64,000 bases of DNA from Centroscyllium fabricii (taxonomy: Eukaryota). This document shows, in pieces, positions 1 to 11,963 of the stretch. A program made the position numbers and the translations under genes. The notes beneath the pieces are model-generated. The model had not been told where the DNA came from. It saw only the letters and a program-made list of their open reading frames with translations, and made no database searches. The stretch lies in contig JBNRSN020000002.1 in NCBI GenBank assembly GCA_051313645.2, positions 41,850,001-41,914,000 of the forward strand. The letters are read 5' to 3'. Numbering within the stretch: the first letter of the stretch is position 1; each line of letters begins with the position of its first letter.

Positions 1-260
1 TTAGGAAGTACAGGCGCTGTTGGGCCTTCTTAACCAGAGAGGAGGTGTTTAGTGACCAGGAGAGATCTTCCGAGATGTGGACCCCGAGGAACTTGAAGCT
101 GGACACCCTTTCCACCTCAGCCCCTTGGATGAAGATGGGGGTGTGTCTTCTGCTTCCAGTCCTCCGGAAGTCCACTATGATCTCCTTGGTTTTCTTGGTG
201 TTCAGTGCCAGGTTGTTGTCGGCACACCAACCCACAAGGCGCTGGATCTCATCCCTGTAG
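1..260 (-). mobile_element. Rex1/Babar-type LINE RT fragment
   Basis: Minus strand reads YRDEIQRLVGWCADNNLALNTKKTKEIIVDFRR...VERVSSFKFLGVHISEDLSWSLNTSSLVKKAQQRLYFL, typical Rex1 RT C-terminal half. Confidence 0.8.
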
Positions 261-1783
261 GAGACGCTCCTTAAAACCAACCTCACAGCTGTCCTAATAT
301 CTCATGTGGCTCGGGGTCAGATTTTGGCTGACAGCATGCCTGTGAAGCATTTTAGCATGTTGGGGAACAAAGAAATGGCAGATCAATTGAACAAGTACTT
401 TGGTTCGGTATTTACTAATGAGGACACAACCAACCTTCCGGACATAAAAGGGGTCAGAGGGTCTAGTAAAAAGGAGGAGCTGAGGGAAATCCTTATTAGT
501 CAGGAAAATGTGTTGGGGAAATTGATGGGACTGAAGGCTGATAAATCCCCAGGGCCTGATGGTCTGCATCCCAGAGTACTTAAAGAAGTGGCCTTGGAAA
601 TAGTGAATGCATTGACGATCATTTTCCAACATTCCATAGGCTCTGGATCAGTTCCGATGGAGTGGAGGGTGGCTAATGTAACCCCACTTTTTAAAAAAGG
701 AGGGAGGGAGAAAACAGGGAATTACAGCCTGACATCGATAGTGGGTAAAATGATGGAATCAATTATTATGGATGTCATAGCAGACCATTTGGAAAGTGGT
801 GACATGATAGGTCCAAGTCAGCATGGATTTGTGAAAGGGAAATCATGCTTGACAAATCTCCTGGAATTTTTTGAGGATGTTTCCAATAGAATAGACAAGG
901 GAGAACCAGTGGATGTGGTGTACTTGGACTTTCAGAAGGCTTTCGACAAGGTCCCACACAAGAGATTGGTGTGCAAAGTTAAAGCACATGGGATTGGGGG
1001 TAATGTGTTGACGTGGATTGAGAACTGGTTGGCACACAGGAAACAAAGAGTTGGAGTAAATGGGCAGGTTTCAGAATGGCAGGCAGTGACCAGTGGGGTA
1101 CCGCAAGGTTCGGTGCTGGGGCCCCAGCTGTTTACATTATATATTAATGATTTGGACGAAGGGATTAAATGTTGTATCTCCAAATTTGCGGATGACACTA
1201 AATTGGGAGGCAGTGTGAGCTGCGAGGAGGATGCTAAGAGGCTACAGAGTGACTTGGACAGGTTAGGTGAATGGGCAAACGTATGGCAGGTGAAGTACAA
1301 TGTGGATAAATGTGAGGTTATCCACTTTGGTGGTAAAAGTAGATAGACAGACTATTATCTGAATGGTGACAGATTAGGGAAAGGGGAGGTACAACGAGAC
1401 CTGGGCGTCATGGTACATCAGTCACTGAAGGTGCAAATGCAGGTACAGCAGGCGGTTAAGAAAGCAAATGGCATGCTGGCCTTCATAGCAAGGGGATTTG
1501 AGTACAGGAGTAAGGAGGTGATGCTGCAGTTGTACAGGGCCTTGGTGAGGCCATACTTGGAGTATCGTGTGCAGTTTTGGTCTCCTAACTTGAGGAAGGA
1601 CATTCTTGCTATTGAGGGAGTGCAGCGAAGGTTCACTAGATTGATTCCCGGGATGGCCGGACTGACATATCAAGAAAGACTGGATCAACTGAACTTGTAC
1701 TCTCTGGAGTTCAGAAGAATGAGGGGGGATCTTATAGAAACGTTTAAAATACTGACCGGTTTAGACAGGTTAGATGCGGGCAG

Positions 1784-2054
1784 TGTGGTAAACCATATAT
1801 CACTGTATATAACGAATCACCTTGTAATACCTTGTAATACCTGTAATACCCTGTAATACCTGTAAGGGATCCCAGGAACATACCTGGCGCCGCCCATGAC
1901 TCCTCCCCCGCTGGAGGAGGTATATAAGCGACTGCTCCCATCCCCCATGCCATTCTGGGGACAGTCAGCTCAGTTGTGTATTGCTAACGTAGTTAATAAA
2001 AGCCTGATTATTATAACCAACTATTCGACTCCGAAGACGTTATTGACGGTTACA
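1784..2054 (+). repeat. 5' LTR of Gypsy A
   Basis: TGTGGTAAAC start, TATATAA near 1921, AATAAA 1995-2000, TTACA end; matches 7165-7435. Confidence 0.95.
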
Positions 2055-2747
2055 ATTTTATTAACTACTGGAAATGGATACTACAATGTTGAAACCATCA
2101 GTGTTCGAAGTTGACCCCTGATCGCCTGGAGCATCAAACGCTTTCTCACACTGGCGAAATGTACTTGAAGGATACGTTAGAGCCAACGCAGCGGTCATAC
2201 TGACCGAAGAGCAAAAACGACGACTCCTCCACGCCCGGGTGGGCCCGCAAGTATATTCGATGATAGTGGACGCCCCATCATTCCAAGAAGCCCTCAGGAT
2301 CCTCGAGGCGGAATACAATCGGGCACCAAACAGAGTCCACGCGAGACATATACTCGCCACCCGAAAACAACAGAATAACGAGTCAAGTGTGCAGTTCCTA
2401 AGAGCCCTCAGAATCCTGGCACGGGACTGTGACTGCAGAGCGCAAACGGCTCTAGTGCATATGGAGAGTCTCATCAGGGATGCCTATGTAACAGGCCTGA
2501 AATCGGACTATGCTAGGCAAAGACTGCTAGAGCAGAATGGCCAGGACTTACAGGCCACTACAGACTTGGGACACGCGCTAGATAGCGCCTCTACGGATTT
2601 ATCATCCTACTCTAGTAACTATACGGCCCCAGCCCCGCAATCTTGGACAGTACTGGCGCAAAGACCGCCAGAGGAACTTCTCACAGCGGCCCACGCTAAA
2701 GCTAAATGCTACTTCTGTGGGCAACCACAGCATCCAAGACGCAGCTG

Positions 2748-3742
2748 TGTAACGGTTGGGTGTATTCGGAATGAAGGCGGGGCCCAAATGCAGAGACACT
2801 GAAACGTTTATAAAACTAAACAACTTTATTCCTAAAACCCCTTATAATACCCTAAACATAACAATATATATATAACACATATTCAACACAAGTCTTATAA
2901 ACAGACCGGCACAAACTTCCAAACAGCGAGCAATGAATAGAGGAGTGCTACGCAATCCAGGCGCGCCATTTTCCCCAAGAGTACCAGTCCTGGCATAACT
3001 GTCCACCCAAAGAGAACCGAGCAAGTCCTCCTCAGCGAGCATGACATCTCATTCCACCCCTCTGCATAGAGGATGTGGGAACAGCTATGCTTCCAGATGA
3101 CCAATGTCCAAACCAGGGTTCGGGTGATGAAATGAATGTCCATGTAGTGGAAATGGGTCCGACCTACTTCTTCTGCTCAGACACAGAGACTTAACCCCAT
3201 GGCAATCAGGCAGTAGCGCACCAGATCCACCGGCAGGGGGACTCCCTTACCAAACAGATGAATGTCCATGTCTGAGTTTCCAATAGCAGGGAGCACTGTC
3301 AAGGCGGAGGGAAATGCGTTCCACCCCAATGCCCCTGTTGGGTAACCCAGCCTGAGCACCAGAAATAGCAAAGAACAAGTACCAGCTGAGTCCATCGATC
3401 TGCAACTTCCTTGTTCCTGACGGTGACTCAGCACAGCAGAAAACCACCTCCTTCCAGTGGCCTGAAGAATGAACAATGGATAGCAGTCCAGTCCCATGAC
3501 GCATTACACTGCAATGATCCAGCATCTGTTCTCAGCCAACCTCCTGATTATATCCTAACCCCAGCAAGTACCCTATTGGGTGATAGCCAATAATCCTGAG
3601 GGGATGAGAACAGAGCACAACTACCACACACATAGATAATTGAACAATTAATAACATAACTAGGAACCTATTCCTTGAAACAGCTGTGGAGAAACAGCAA
3701 AAACTGTTTCTTAATATTTAAAGGAACAGGCCCCCCGTGACA
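2748..3742 (-). mobile_element. 995-bp solo LTR-like insertion in gag of Gypsy A
   Basis: Termini TGTAACGG..CCGTGACA, 5-bp TSD AGCTG (2743-2747/3743-3747), minus-strand AATAAA near 2825; no coding motifs. Confidence 0.85.
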
Positions 3743-3979
3743 AGCTGCCCCGCAAAAGAAGCAATCTGCTCCAAGTGCGACAAAAAGGGACACTATGCGA
3801 AGGTTTGCAAAGGCCCAAACGCTAAATCAAGACTGGGCAGCGCTGCATGTGGAACAGGGGAGCAGCAATATCGGGCTCACCCATCCCCCACTCGGCAGCA
3901 CTCGAGGCAGCAACAGCGGCCATCTTGGGCCCAACAACGCAACACATGGCGGCAGCCATCTCGGGGAGCAGATCTGGAG

Positions 3980-4042
3980 GACTACTCTCCGGATCAAGAT
4001 AACTACTCTCCGGACCAAGATAACTACTCTCCGGATCAAGAC
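3980..4042 (+). repeat. 21-bp tandem repeat x3 (NYSPDQD) in gag-PR linker
   Basis: AACTACTCTCCGGAYCAAGAT repeated in frame. Confidence 0.9.
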
Positions 4043-7000
4043 TTTTTGGAGGACCCGGTGCTAGCATCCGTGAGCCTAGACCAGAGGAAAATCCAGCCAC
4101 TGGAGAGGTCGATGATGCCGGTGGAAGTTAACGGTGAAGAGGTGATGTGCCTGTTCGACAGTGGGAGCACAGTAAGTTTTGTTCACCAGAATACTGTTAA
4201 GCGCCTCTCCCTTAAAGTAATCCCTGCGCGCCAGAGAATATCTATGGCGTCCAAGTCAGAATCCGCTGACGTCACCGGGCGCTGTATTGTAACTCTTAAT
4301 GTACAGGGCGCAATGTTCAATGATTTTAGTTTTTACGTGCTGCCGCAGCTCTGCGCCCCCCTACTTCTGGGACTGGATTTCCAGTGCCATCTTCGGAGCG
4401 TTACAATGGCATTCGGTGGACCCCTTCCCCCTCTCACAGTCACAAACCGCGGCTCAAAGCGGCACCCCCAGTACACTACCTGTGGTCTCTCAACCCTTAA
4501 GGTTGCCCCTCCATCCCTCTTTGCCAATCTCACCCCAGACTGTAAGCCCGTCGCCACCAAGAGTAGGCGCTACAGTGCTGGGGCCATGGCATTTATAAAA
4601 TCCGAGGTGCAGCGCCTCCTAAAAGAAGGAGTCATAGAGGCCAGTAATAGCCCCTGGAGAGCACAGGTAGTCGTGGTGAAAACCGGGGAGAAGAATAGGA
4701 TGGTAGTGGATTACAGCCAGACCATAAACCGGTTCACCCAATTAGATGCCTACCCCCTTCCCCGGATAGCGGACATGGTGAACCAAATCGCCCAGTTTAA
4801 AGTGTTCTCGACCATTGACCTTAAATCTGCTTATCACCAGCTCCCCATCCGCTCAGAGGACCGTCTCTATACTGCCTTTGAGGCTGACGGCCGCCTCTAC
4901 CACTTCCTTAGGGTTCCGTTTGGAGTCACGAACGGGGTCTCGATCTTCCAAAGGGAGATGGACCGAATGGTTGATCGGTACAGGCTGCGAGCGACCTTCC
5001 CGTACCTTGATAACGTGACCATCTGCGGCCATGACCAGCAGGACCATAACACCAATCTCCAAAAATTTCTCCACACGGCCAAAGCCCTGAATTTAACGTA
5101 TAATAAGGAGAAATGTGTGTTTAGCACCACCCGCCTCGCCATCCTCGGCAACGTGGTGGAGAATGGAGTCATCGGTCCAGACCCGGACCGCATGCGCCCC
5201 CTCATGGAGCTTCCCCTCCCCCACTCCCCCAAATCTCTTAAACGGATTTTGGGATTCTTTGCCTATTACGCCCAGTGGGTCCCCAATTACGCGGACAAAG
5301 CTCGCCCACTATTAAAATCAACCTCTTTCCCACTTTCTGCAGAAGCCAACTCGGCATTCTGCAGAATTAAAAATGACATAGCCAAAGCCACAATGCACGC
5401 TGTGGATGAGTCCGTCCCATTCCAAGTGGAAAGTGATGCATCGGACTTTGCCCTGGCCGCCACCCTTAATCAGGCGGGCAGACCCGTGGCCTTCTTTTCA
5501 CGTACCCTCCAAGGCCCAGAAACCCGCCATTCCTCAATTGAAAAGGAGGCCCAGGCCATTGTTGAAGCAGTGCGGCACTGGAAGCACTACCTGGCCAGCA
5601 AGCGTTTTACCCTGTTGACTGACCAACGCTCAGTCGCCTTTATGTTCAACAACAAAGAGCGGGGTAAGATCAAGAACGACAAGATATTAAGGTGGAGAAT
5701 TGAACTCTCTGCGTTCAATTATGATATCTTGTACCGGCCCGGGATATTTAACGAACCCCCAGACGCACAGGCTGACAGTCTCCAAACCCTTCACAATGAC
5801 CTCTGCCACCCGGGGGTCACCAGGTTGGTTCACTTTGTGAAGTCCCGCAACCTCCCCTACTCCATCGAAGAGGTCAAGACCATGACCAGCAACTGCCAGG
5901 TCTGCGCGGAGTGCAAGCCGCACTTCTACCGGCCAGACCGGGCGCACTTAATCAAGGCCACTCGCCCCTTTGAACGACTCAGCGTCGATTTTAAAGGGCC
6001 CCTTCCCTCAGCCAACAGGAACGTCTATTTCCTCAATGTTATGGATGAGTACTCCCGTTTCCCCTTCGCCATACCCTGCCAGGACATGACCTCAGCCACC
6101 GTCATCAAAGCCCTCAGTAGCATCTTCTCCCTGTTCGGGTACCCTAACTATATCCATAGTGACCGGGGGGCCTCTTTTATGAGTGACGAGCTGCGTCAGT
6201 TTCTGCTAACAAAAGGCATCGTGACCAGCAGGACTACCAGCTACAACCCCCGGGGGAACGGGCAGGTAGAGAGAGAGAACGCCACGGTCTGGAAAGCCAT
6301 CCAGTTAGCCCTAAAGTCCAAAGACCTCCCAGTCACCCGATGGCAGGACGTTCTCCCTGAAGCCCTCCACTCTATCCGGTCCCTACTGTGTACTGCCACT
6401 AATGCCACCCCTCACGAAAGACTTTTTGCCTTCCCCAGGAAGTCAGCTTCCGGGACCTCGCTACCATCGTGGCTGTTATCTCCGGGACCGGTCCTGCTGC
6501 GGAAGCATGTGAGGGGACACAAGGCAGATCCCCTAGTCGAACGGGTCCACCTCCTGCACGCCAATCCCCAGTACGCTTACATAGCATACCCCGACGGGAG
6601 GGAGGACACCGTGTCCATAAAGGACCTAGCCCCAGCAGGAGTCCCCAAAACCAGCCCCGCCAGGCAGCCCGAGCTCCCCAAACGTCCTGTGAAGCTCCCC
6701 GCGCCACCGAGGCCGAAGTACACGCCCCGACACGTGGGCCCAGTACCCCAGTATGTCCACAAGGCACCTGCGAGCAGCACGACCCGGCCCCAAGCCTGGA
6801 TCCACAACGCGCGCCCCCTAGAGTCAGAGGACGAAGGAGAGAACGTGGCCCTTGCTGTCAGAATAAGGGCATCACCGCCACCCAGAAGTGATATAACCAC
6901 CACCAGTCGACCGGCAGCAAGGGAACAACCGACACAACCAGCCACTCCACGACAACGAACACCACAGGCACCACCGGCACCACCAGCGGTGCGAAGATCA

Positions 7001-7164
7001 GCGCGGATGACGAAACCGCCTGACAGACTGAATTTATAGTCAAAAGAACTCTGATTGTATATATTGTGTTAATGAGCACCTTGTAATTATTAGTTTTTTT
7101 TCACCTCGTTGTACTTCCGTGTTTTGTTCACCCCGCTGTACTTTTGTTTTAAAGAAGGGGTGAA

Positions 7165-7435
7165 TGTGATAAACCATATATCACTGTATATAACGAATCA
7201 CCTTGTAATACCTTGTAATACCTGTAATACCCTGTAATACCTGTAAGGGATCCCAGGAACATACCTGGCGCCGCCCATGACTCCTCCCTCGCTGGAGGAG
7301 GTATATAAGCGACTGCTCCCATCCCCCATGCCATTCTGGGGACAGTCAGCTCAGTTGTGTATTGCTAACGTAGTTAATAAAAGCCTGATTATTATAACCA
7401 ACTATTCGACTCCGAAGACATTATTGACGGTTACA
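7165..7435 (+). repeat. 3' LTR of Gypsy A
   Basis: Direct repeat of 1784-2054 preceded by PPT. Confidence 0.95.
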
Positions 7436-8029
7436 GGCAGAATGTTCCCAATGTTGGGGAAGTCCAGAACCAGGGGGCACAGACTAAGGATAAGGGGTAA
7501 GCCATTTAGGACCGAGATGAGGAGAAACTTCTTCACCCAGAGAGTGGTGAACCTGTGGAATTCTCTACCACAGAGAGTTGATGAGGCCAGTTCACTAAAT
7601 ATATTCAAAAGGGAGTTCGATGTAATACTTACAACGAGGGGGGATCAAGGGATATGGTGAGAAAGCAGGAACGGGGTACTGAGGTAGCATGTTCAGCCAT
7701 GAACCTGTTGAATGGCGGTGCAGGCTCGAAGGGCTGAATGGTCTACTCCTGCACCTATTTTCTATGTTTCTATGTTTCTATATACATGCAAACTATCGTT
7801 GTTGTTTAATAGGCTGCTTCCGGGCATGCCTCCTCTTCTGGCTGTGGAGTGGGGTTTCCATCTTGGCAGGTGAGGTGGCCCAACTCATCTTTATGCGATG
7901 GCTGTTTGAAACTTTCCTTTATTGAGAAAATCTAAGTAAAATGTCAAAGCCAGTGGCGCAGGATGTTGCCATGGCTGAGAGCAGAAGGAGACATGGTAAA
8001 CCGAGGGGCAGGGATCAGATGATGCCACC

Positions 8030-9265
8030 CTTGTAAGTGTGAGGTGGTGCATTTTGGTAGGAAGAAGAAGAAGGCCACATACTCCTTGGAAAATAAGAGT
8101 CTAAATGGGGTCGAGAAGCAAAGGGCTCTGGAGGGATAGATACACAAATCATTAAAAGTAGCGACGCAGGTTCATAAGGCCGTTAAAAAAATGCAAACGA
8201 AGCACTGGGGCTGATTTCTAGAGGGATAGAAACATAGAAGATAGGAGCAGGAGTAGGCCATTCGGCCCTTCGAGCCTGCTCCGCCATTCAATGAGATCAT
8301 GGCTGATCATCCAAACCCAGCACCCTGTTCCTGCCTTGTCCCCATATCCCTCAATCCTGCACCGACACATATCCCACCCTATCCCCGTAACCCCACATAT
8401 TTAATCACCTGAACACTAAGGGTCAATTTATCACGGCCAATCAACCTAACCCGCACATTTTCGGACTGTGGGAGGAAACCGGAGCACCCGGAGGAAACCC
8501 ACACAGACACGGGGAGAATGTGCAAACTCCACACAAATAGTCACCCGAGGCTGGATTTGAACCCGGGTCTCCAGTGCTGTGAGGCAACAGTGCTAACCAC
8601 TATGCCACCGTGCCGCCCTTGGATAGAGTTGAAAAGCGGAGGAGTTATGTTAAACTTGTCGAGAACCTTGGTTAGGCCACACTTGGGAGTACCAGGCGCA
8701 GTTCTGGTCTCCATACTATAAAAAGGACGTAGAGGCACCGGAGAAGGTGCAAAAAAGATTTACAAGGATGATACCAAAGCTGAGGGGTTATCGTATCAGG
8801 AAAGATTAAACTGGCTGGGGCTCTTTTATTTAGGAAAGGAAAGGCTGGTTGGTGACCTGATAGAGATCTTTAAAATTATGAGGGGGTTTTGTTCGGGTAA
8901 ATGTAGAGAAACTCGGGGTCATAAAGATAAGATAGTCGCTAATAAATCCAACAGGGAATTCAGGAGTAACTCAGTTTCTCTCTCCACAGCTGCTGCATGA
9001 CCTGCTGAGTATTACCAGTATTTTCTGTTTATATTTCAGGAGAAACTTCTTTACCCAGAGAGTGGTGAGAATGTGGAACTCGCTCCCACAGGGAGTGGTC
9101 GAGGCGAATAGCGGAGATACCTTTAAGGGGGAGGTGGAGAAACACATGGGGGAGAAAGGAATAGAAGGATATGCTGACGGGGTTGGATGAAGAGGCGTGG
9201 GGCGAGGCTCGTGTGGAGCAGAAACACCAGTGTGGACCAGTTGGGCCGAATGGCCTGTTTCTGTA
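8030..9265 (+). mobile_element. Degraded CR1 LINE 3' fragment with nested SINE
   Basis: CEVVHFG, TLVRPHL, FFTQRVVRMWNSLP remnants and CR1 3' tail. Confidence 0.8.
8231..8620 (-). mobile_element. HE1-like V-SINE
   Basis: tRNA-like head, V-core GGGTTTCCTCCGGGTGCTCCGGTTTCCTCCCAC, CR1-type tail; TSD GGATAGA 8224-8230/8621-8627. Confidence 0.9.
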
Positions 9266-10029
9266 AGCCTCTCGGAGAAAGCTGAGTTCCATGAGGGATA
9301 TATCCAGTGGTGTGGGACAACTGCTGTTTTGTTCATCACCCGGAGCTTTTCATCACAAGTGTACTACACATATAGATTAGATAAGCACACTTTGGATACC
9401 TGCCAGGAGTTAGAGTGTCAAATTGTCAATTACCATAATTTGGCAGAATAACTACAGGCAAGTGCTATGTTTATTGTCTGCACATTTGGCTCATTGTCTG
9501 TCGTTGGAGGAGATTGTTCCCGTCCTCTATATCTAAATGCAGTGCTCAGGTAACAGCCACATTGGTGAAGACAGCAGAAAATTGCACTTATTTGTACAAG
9601 AAGCTCCTGGGAGGGAAAGTCGAGAGGGAGGGTGGGGGGCGGTGGGGGGGCTGGTGGCGGGGCGGGGGGAGGCGGAACCACAGCGGCCCACAGTATATTT
9701 TGTGGAACCGCTCAACAGTAACAGGGAATTCAATAAGAGTTTTACAACCTTATCAGACTACACTCAAATTGAACCGAATGCAGAATTAGATTCAATTTCT
9801 CTGGAATAAAAGATAAAAGGAGCGATTCGGTTACCAGACTGGTTGATTTGTGATGCCAACAGAATAATCAAAAAATCTGAATGCTGGTTATTTGGAATGA
9901 AAGCCATGCCTCATATATTTCAGCTCAATCGCTTTCCAGGAAGTTGGGGGTCAGGCAGAGGGCGGCCGGTTTGGAGAGGACTGCTCTTGGCTCCACAGAA
10001 AATACTGTGGGCCGCTGTGGTCCCGCCTT

Positions 10030-10230
10030 GAGGTCATCCAAAGCTCTGCTGCCCGTGTCCTAACTCGCACCAAGTCCCGTTCACCCATCACCCCTGTGCT
10101 CACGCTGACCTACATTGGCTCCCAGTTAAGCAATGCCTCGATTTTAAAATACTCATCCTTGTTTTCAAATCCCTCCATGGCCTCGACCCTCCCTAACTCT
10201 GTAATCTCCACCAGCACCACAACCCTCCAG
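10030..10230 (+). mobile_element. L2 LINE fragment
   Basis: SPITPVL..LHWLPV..IDFKILIL..KSLHGL-like decayed motif. Confidence 0.7.
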
Positions 10231-10399
10231 GATCACTGCTACTATCTCATTAATGTGCTGACGGTCTCCAACAGTGTGATTACTGCACGTTAATGCCCGT
10301 TATTCAGGCACCCACCATGTGCTCATTCTCCAGCAAACTCCGAGTGCCTCAATAGTTTGCAGAAGCTGAATGGCTGGATAGCTCTCAGGACCTCTGGGT

Positions 10400-11370
10400 A
10401 CGGTAGTGTAATCTTTATGCTACTGGGCTAGTAATCTAGTAGGCCTGAACTAACAATCCAGAGAACGTGAGTTCAAATCCCACCACGGCAGTTTGTGGAA
10501 CGTAAATTCGGTTGTAAAAAATATGAAAATAATCTGGTATCTGTAACAGTGACCATAAAGTTGTCAGGTTGTCATAAAAAAAACAACTGGTTCACTAATA
10601 TCCTTTAGGGAAGGAAATCGACCATCCTTACCTGGTCTGACCGATATGTGTGTCTAGTCCCACACCAACGTGGTTGACCCTTATACGATAGCAAAATACT
10701 GCAGATGCTGGAAATCCAAAATAACAACAGAAAATGCTGGAAAAGCTCAGCAGGCCAGACAACATCCGTGAAGAGCGGCAGGGTGACACAGTGGTTAGCA
10801 CTGTTGTCTCACAGCACTGGAGACCCGGGTTCAAATCCAGCCTCGGGTACTATCTGTGTGGAGTTTGCACATTCTCCCCGTGTCTGCGTGGGTTTCCTCC
10901 GGGTGCTCCGGTTTCCTCCCACAGTCCAAAGATGTGCGGGTTAGGTTGATTGGCCAGGATAAATTGACCCTTAGTGTTAGGGGGGATTGAATATGTGGGG
11001 TTACGGGGATAGAGTGGGATATGTGTCGGTGCAGCCTCGATAGGGATCGAGGGATACGGGGAGAGGGCAGGGGCGGGGTACTGGGTTTGGATGATCAGCC
11101 ATGATCTCATTGAATGGCGGAGCAGGCTCGAAGGGCCGAATGGCCTACTCCTACTCCTATCTTCTATGAGTCAACGTTTCGGGTCGGGAACCTTTATCAA
11201 AACGGAAGCACGGAAATGAAAGAGATTAGAAGGCCAGTGGGGGCTGGGAGAGATCAAGAGAGAAGAGAGAACTGCTCTGCAAAGTGGCCGAGCAGGCCAC
11301 TCAAGGGCAACGAGGAATGGGCAATAAATGTTGGCCTTGCCAGCGATGCCCACACCCTGAGAATGAATCA
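10400..11370 (+). mobile_element. tRNA-derived SINE (second family) interrupted by a Penelope-related repeat and an HE1 SINE
   Basis: A/B-box-like head GTTCAAATCCCACC; homologous to 38170-38500; tail resembles 3' end of the LINE at 62915-63515. Confidence 0.6.
10775..11169 (+). mobile_element. HE1-like V-SINE, full length
   Basis: tRNA head, V-core, CR1 tail. Confidence 0.9.
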
Positions 11371-11544
11371 ATGAAAAGACCAGAGCTACCCTTTGACGGT
11401 AATGGCGCCTGACCCTGATTCAGAACTCACACAGCAGCAGAGCACAGCGATAGTGACGGTCAGAATACTGCCTGAGTCACTGTGGAGTAAAGAGAAGGCA
11501 GGGATGGAAAGTGGTGATGTGTAAGCAGGGAGAGTGGGTGGACA

Positions 11545-11786
11545 ACATAGACATAGAAGGTTGGAGCAGGAGTAGGCCATTCGGCCCTTCGAGCCTGCTC
11601 CGCCATTCAATGAGATCATGGCTGATCATCCAAACCCAGTACCCCGCCCCTGCCCTCTCCCCATAGCCCTCGATCCCTCTCGAGCCTGCACCGACACATA
11701 TCCCACCCTATCCCCGTAACCCCACACATTCAATCCCCCTAACACTAAGGGTCAATTTATCATGGCCAATCAACCTAACCCGCACA
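11545..11786 (-). mobile_element. HE1-like SINE 3' half
   Basis: Reverse complement of the 3' half of 10775-11169. Confidence 0.85.
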
Positions 11787-11963
11787 ACCCTTGACAAGGC
11801 CCCGTGGAATCCCTAACGTAAGTCCCTGACCCAATAACTAAAAAAGAAATCAATACCAACCCATTTCTTACACTGTGCTCCTAGCCACCTTTATGGAGGC
11901 TGTGCCAGATTTTGCAGCACCTGCCGATTGTGTTGCTGGCCAGCCTCCCTGAGCATGGTAGAT

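Larger units (their letters stand above)
2074..7039 (+). pseudogene. gag-pol polyprotein of Gypsy A (single frame once the 2748-3747 insertion is removed)
   Basis: ATG 2074, premature TGA 2119, Gag knuckles CYFCGQPQHPRRSC-PAKEAICSKCDKKGHYAKVC, protease LFDSGS, RT DLKSAYHQ/PFG/YLDN, RNase H ESDASD, integrase HHCC and DDE; ORF 3737-7039 open for 1100 codons; 27-nt in-frame deletion near 5766 relative to element C. Confidence 0.93.
1784..7435 (+). mobile_element. Ty3/Gypsy LTR retrotransposon A, near full length
   Basis: 271-bp LTRs 1784-2054 and 7165-7435 (TG..CA, about 3 mismatches), 5-bp TSD GGCAG (1779-1783/7436-7440), PPT AAAGAAGGGGTGAA 7151-7164, gag-PR-RT-RH-IN order. Confidence 0.97.
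357..7779 (+). mobile_element. CR1 (HER1-like) LINE, 5'-truncated, split by Gypsy A (parts 357-1783 and 7441-7779)
   Basis: ORF2 RT motifs [39 protein letters not shown]; frame DAG|RMFP rejoins across the insertion; ends in (TTCTATGT)n tail. Confidence 0.95.

Noticed and set aside
3737-7039. 1100-aa ORF as a domesticated host gene
   Set aside because: Lies between near-identical LTRs with a TSD; its start is created by the insertion boundary, and gag has a stop codon
7808-7933. Possible terminal coding exon on the minus strand (IFSIKESFKQ..EAAY*)
   Set aside because: Short, unrecognisable peptide with no supporting gene structure
8540-8616. tRNA genes (also 10775, 38931, 41061)
   Set aside because: They are SINE heads continuing into the V-core and CR1 tail
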